64,000 bases of DNA from the human T2T-CHM13v2.0 reference genome, Homo sapiens: the NCBI RefSeq assembly GCF_009914755.1, contig NC_060947.1, one strand, 5' to 3'. Of this stretch, positions 59,151-64,000 are shown one piece after another. Below the pieces are notes generated by a model, which saw only the letters and a list, made by a program, of their open reading frames with translations, did not search any database and had not been told where the DNA came from. How positions within the stretch are numbered: position 1 is the stretch's first letter; the number at the start of each line of letters is the position of its first letter. Both the position numbers and the translations under genes were made by a program.

Positions 59151-60719
59151 GAGAGTGAGACTGTTGGGAGGAAAGGAGACCAACAGAATTGATCCTGGTA
59201 AGGTATGAAATCAGATGCAGTCCTTTCTCTCAAGAAGCTCACAGTTGAGTGATGCTGCCTAAGGCTGATCTCAAGAAAGTACTGGGTGGTGCACCGCTAT
59301 TCTGTCTCTCTACACACAACATTTTGGGATGCTGAAAACAATGGAAACAGTGGGGGAATATTTAAAAAAAATATTTTTCCTGGGACCTTTAAGCTCAGCC
59401 AGGAAAATGGCACTTCTCCTATTCATTTGTCCAGGTCCAGTCCCTCCTTTCCACTGTTATCCCTGACACCTTGCTCTCATTATGACTGGCCATCTAATTC
59501 CTGGCATTGTTTCTGTTTGTATAAATATCTACACTCGTCCTCACAGGTTTTCATGATCTCTTCTGGATTCTTTTCTTGGCTTATTAGACCCAGCTTCCAA
59601 CCTAATTCTCAGCGCTGCTTTCTCACTGGAGTGTGGCATCTCTTGATGTTTTGGGTAAGAGGGTCTACCAGCAAAGGTTTCCCTGGACTCTTACAAGGCA
59701 ACTGGAGTTGAATGGAGCTGATGTATGGGGAAGCACTACCGATGTGTATACTATTATTCTGATTTGCTGCAAAGGGACTTATAAGGTCCAAAGTGGGCAC
59801 AATTCTCTCCTTTCAAGTCTTTATGTCTTTGTGTCATCTGTGAATAAGTTTTCTTGAAAAGCAAATCTCTTCTATCTTGTGTTAGTGAACTCACATAAAA
59901 AAATGAAAACTTCTGATGAAAATCAACAGAGAAAGCTTCAAAGAGAAAAGGAATTCAGTGACTTCCTTTTCAGAGCCAAGCTCAAATTTGAAATTTTCTC
60001 TATCTGGCTGCACCTTCAGCTAAATGCGCTTCAGACCTAATATATCTGAGCATAATTATCTGGACTGATATAAATTTGCTGTACCCAGCACTTTTAAGCA
60101 TTGATGCTGTCAGCTTTAAAGCACCTACTCAGAGTTCTGAGTGGTTTCTGTTTGGACTCAACTTTGAGATCCAATGAGTGATTTAGGTGAAAGAGCACCA
60201 CTAGGCTGAAAAAAAAGGGAAATAACTTTTTTTGAACTCTTATGAGCTAAGTCCTGTATTTTGGGCTGTATATGTGTTATTTTCTTTAGGGCCCTGTCAA
60301 CAATTTTGTTATCCCTAACTTACAGATGACAAAACTGAAGATCAGAGAAATGAAGAAACATGCAAGGGCACACAGCTCATAAGTAGTAAATGAGGTGTTA
60401 AAATCCTGGTCTATTGGTTTCAGAGCCTTTGTGCACTTTACATTAGATTAGTAAGGCCAAAATTCAGTCATTTGTAATTTAGGTACTACCTCTAATATCC
60501 TATGTGATTTTTTTCTTTTAATCATCTGTTAAATTAAAAACTTTAGCCTTTCCTTAAGCAAAGATGTCTTGAAAATCGGGTTTGGGGTGTGTGTGTACAT
60601 TATTCATCTGGGTGTCGTTTCAGATCAACTCATGTACTACTAATGCAACACATGTCATTCTTTGGAAATGCTGCAGTTTACCATTAGTGGAAGTGGAAGG
60701 GAAAAGGGAAGGCAGGTAG

Positions 60720-61019
<300 letters not shown>

Positions 61020-62344
61020 CCAAGTCTCCACAGCTCACAGCATTGGGAAGCTCTGCTATAATCTACCATTGGACTGGCTTTTAGGAAGAAAAACAATCCA
61101 CTTTGATAAAATCCATTTAAGTACTGTACGTGTTTGTGTGTGTGCATGTGTGTGTGTGATGCTAATTATGTCCTTGTTTTCATTTGATTTCTAGCAACAA
61201 GTCTTCGTCAGTTGATGACATCACTCGTCACTCAGGTAAATGTAACCTTAGGACACATCTTTGAGTCCCCTTTTTTTACTCATATTCTTTTATTATAGAA
61301 ATTATGGAGTTGCTGTGCCATCCCATTCAGGGTCTTAAGATTATTCATGTAAGTGTATGCATGACAATGCAACATAAAACAGTTTTGATAGTTAAAATAA
61401 ATTACTAGCAAAGAGTGTTTGAAACTAGCATGCACTGATACCTGAGACATTCCCTAACTCGTCTCTGCTTTCACGCCATTTCCTAAGTGTCCCTGTTGAA
61501 GCCCAAATGCTACCAGCAGTGTACGTGCTCATTCAGAGTCTTCTTGTGCCTTCCTCCTGGCTTTGAGTCCCTGGAGATCAGTTTTAGCTTCAGAATTCAA
61601 GATATGTAGGCATACATTTCCCACTCTGGGCTGCCAGTTGACTTCTGTTTGGAATCTCTTTCCTGTATGTATGGCCCGTTAAACACCATCACCTACTACC
61701 CTACCTCATTTTGCTCTGTCTTGTAGCCATCTATGATCTGGACACACTTAATGGGCACAATATTACAACTTGGGACACCACTGGCCTTAGCTCAGTTAAT
61801 TTGCTGCAGTGCCAGCCTGGCAAGGGCCAAGACCTGGAACTAGATCTAAACACTAGTGGCTACACTAGAAGGGTGTGGTTGAGAGGGGGAAGCAAGTACA
61901 GTTAGCAGGTCCAGGTAATGGTCCAGGCAAACAGTTGGTGGTGAGAATGAATATATTCCAAACATACCTTCAGTTCAGGCCTCTTTTCTGAGCTCCATCC
62001 ACCTCCCCAAGTCTTTTCAATTTTGCCTTCTATATGACCTCTCAAATTTTTCCTTTTTTTTCTCCATCCTCACTGTTGTCAGTTTAGACCCAGACACCAA
62101 CAGCGTCACCTGGATGACTGCAGTAGCCACCTAAGTAGTTCCTTTACCTCCACTCTTGCCTCCCTTCAGTCCACTTTCCTTATAGCAGCCCAAGTCAATC
62201 AAATAATGTCTTCACCATCTCCGTCTCCCCTTCAGATTAAAATCCTGCAGAAGCTTCCATTGCCCTTAGGATAGAGTCGGTCCTTCCTACGGTCTGCAAG
62301 GGCCTGAATGGTTGGCTTTGTTCCCTGCCTACATTTTTAAAAAA

Positions 62345-62346
62345 TT

Positions 62347-62377
<31 letters not shown>

Positions 62378-62663
62378 TGTGAGACAGAGTCCCACTCTTG
62401 TCACCCAGGCTGGAGTGCAATGGCGCGATCTTGGCTCACTGTAACCTCTGCCTCCTGGGTTCAAGCAATTCTCTTGCCTCAGCCTCCTGAGTAGCTGGGA
62501 TTACAGGCGTGTGCCACCATGCCCAGCTAATTTTTGTATTTTTAGTAGAGACAGGGTTTCGCCATGTTGGCCAGGCTGGTCATGAACTCCTGACCTCAGG
62601 TGATCCGCCCGCCTTGACCTCCCAAAGTGCTGGGATTACAGGAGTGAACCACTGCACCTAGCC
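62345..62663 (-). mobile_element. Alu (Sx-like) within an L2 fragment
   Basis: TSD ccctgcctacat. Confidence 0.92.
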
Positions 62664-63264
62664 ACCCTGCCTACATCTTTAGCCTCATTTCATAGCACTT
62701 TGCCCACCACTTGGGCTGCCCAGTTTTCAGTAAATGAAACTGCAGTTCTAGTTTAATTAGGTTGTTAATTAAGAATTCTATGAAATGCAGCATACGATGA
62801 CTTGCAAGCTAATTCAGAAACCTGTCGTCTTAAGATGATAGATGGAGATACCGGGGGATGGTACTGACTAATGCTGGGTTGACTGTTTTATTAAATTGTT
62901 TGTCATGAGAATAAGGATTTCTAGAACCCATGTAACAATACTACGTACTACTTGACATTTAGATTGGGCTTTTATCTTTTTTTTTTTTCCAAAACATATG
63001 CATAGTGTTGTTCTCACTACATCTGGGTAAGGTGTGTAGTGCAGATATTTATATTTCTTGCTGACAGAGCAACTGAAACCCAGAGTAGTAAGATGAATGT
63101 CATGTAGCAAGTCAGGGCCCATCTATAGTCCAAAAGCATGGAGAAATAATAATACATAACAATAATAGTATTAGTAGATACCACTTGCAAAGCCCTTACA
63201 ATGTGCGAGACACTGTCACATAGGTTGCTATGTCTACTTCAAAGGTGAGGAAACTGAAGCTTAG

Positions 63265-63822
<558 letters not shown>

Positions 63823-64000
63823 ACCATCTGGTTTTCAAGTCATTTCTAGTCTCCTACTGCTTTTGTTCTGCCAGGACCCTAAGTTATCAAAAACACAGAG
63901 AGTTCACCACTAGCAAAGGCAGGGTCTTCACTAATTGTTTTGGTTTCCAAACTCCTGTACTATATGACTCTGGGAGAGCTGCCCTCAACCATTGATTTGC

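Overview
Primate, almost certainly human, genomic DNA. The single protein-coding gene is the X-linked paired-like homeobox gene ESX1, on the minus strand. It has four coding exons, complement(join 9386-10027, 11914-11959, 13284-13707, 13898-13979), all with GT-AG introns, and encodes 397 aa. From memory the reference protein is 406 aa, so this allele appears to be one 27-bp repeat unit shorter. ESX1 has a CpG-island promoter and an AATAAA at 9213-9218. The remaining ~50 kb is intergenic and repeat-dense: roughly 55 Alus, L1/L2/MIR fragments, MLT1/MLT2 LTRs and hAT MITEs. It also holds one TSD-flanked MER21-like ERVL provirus (47451-52571) with decayed gag, RNase H, integrase and dUTPase-like relics and an internally deleted 3' LTR. 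Nearly all other ORF-track entries are Alu-derived or antisense artefacts. I find no convincing evidence of a new biological system. The best leads are the ESX1 coding VNTR allele, an open intron-1 frame that could give ESX1 an alternative N-terminus, the provirus structure, a young AluYd-type insertion by the promoter, and some candidate regulatory elements. Repeat subfamily names are from recalled consensus sequences, not a search; repeat boundaries are approximate unless a TSD is cited.
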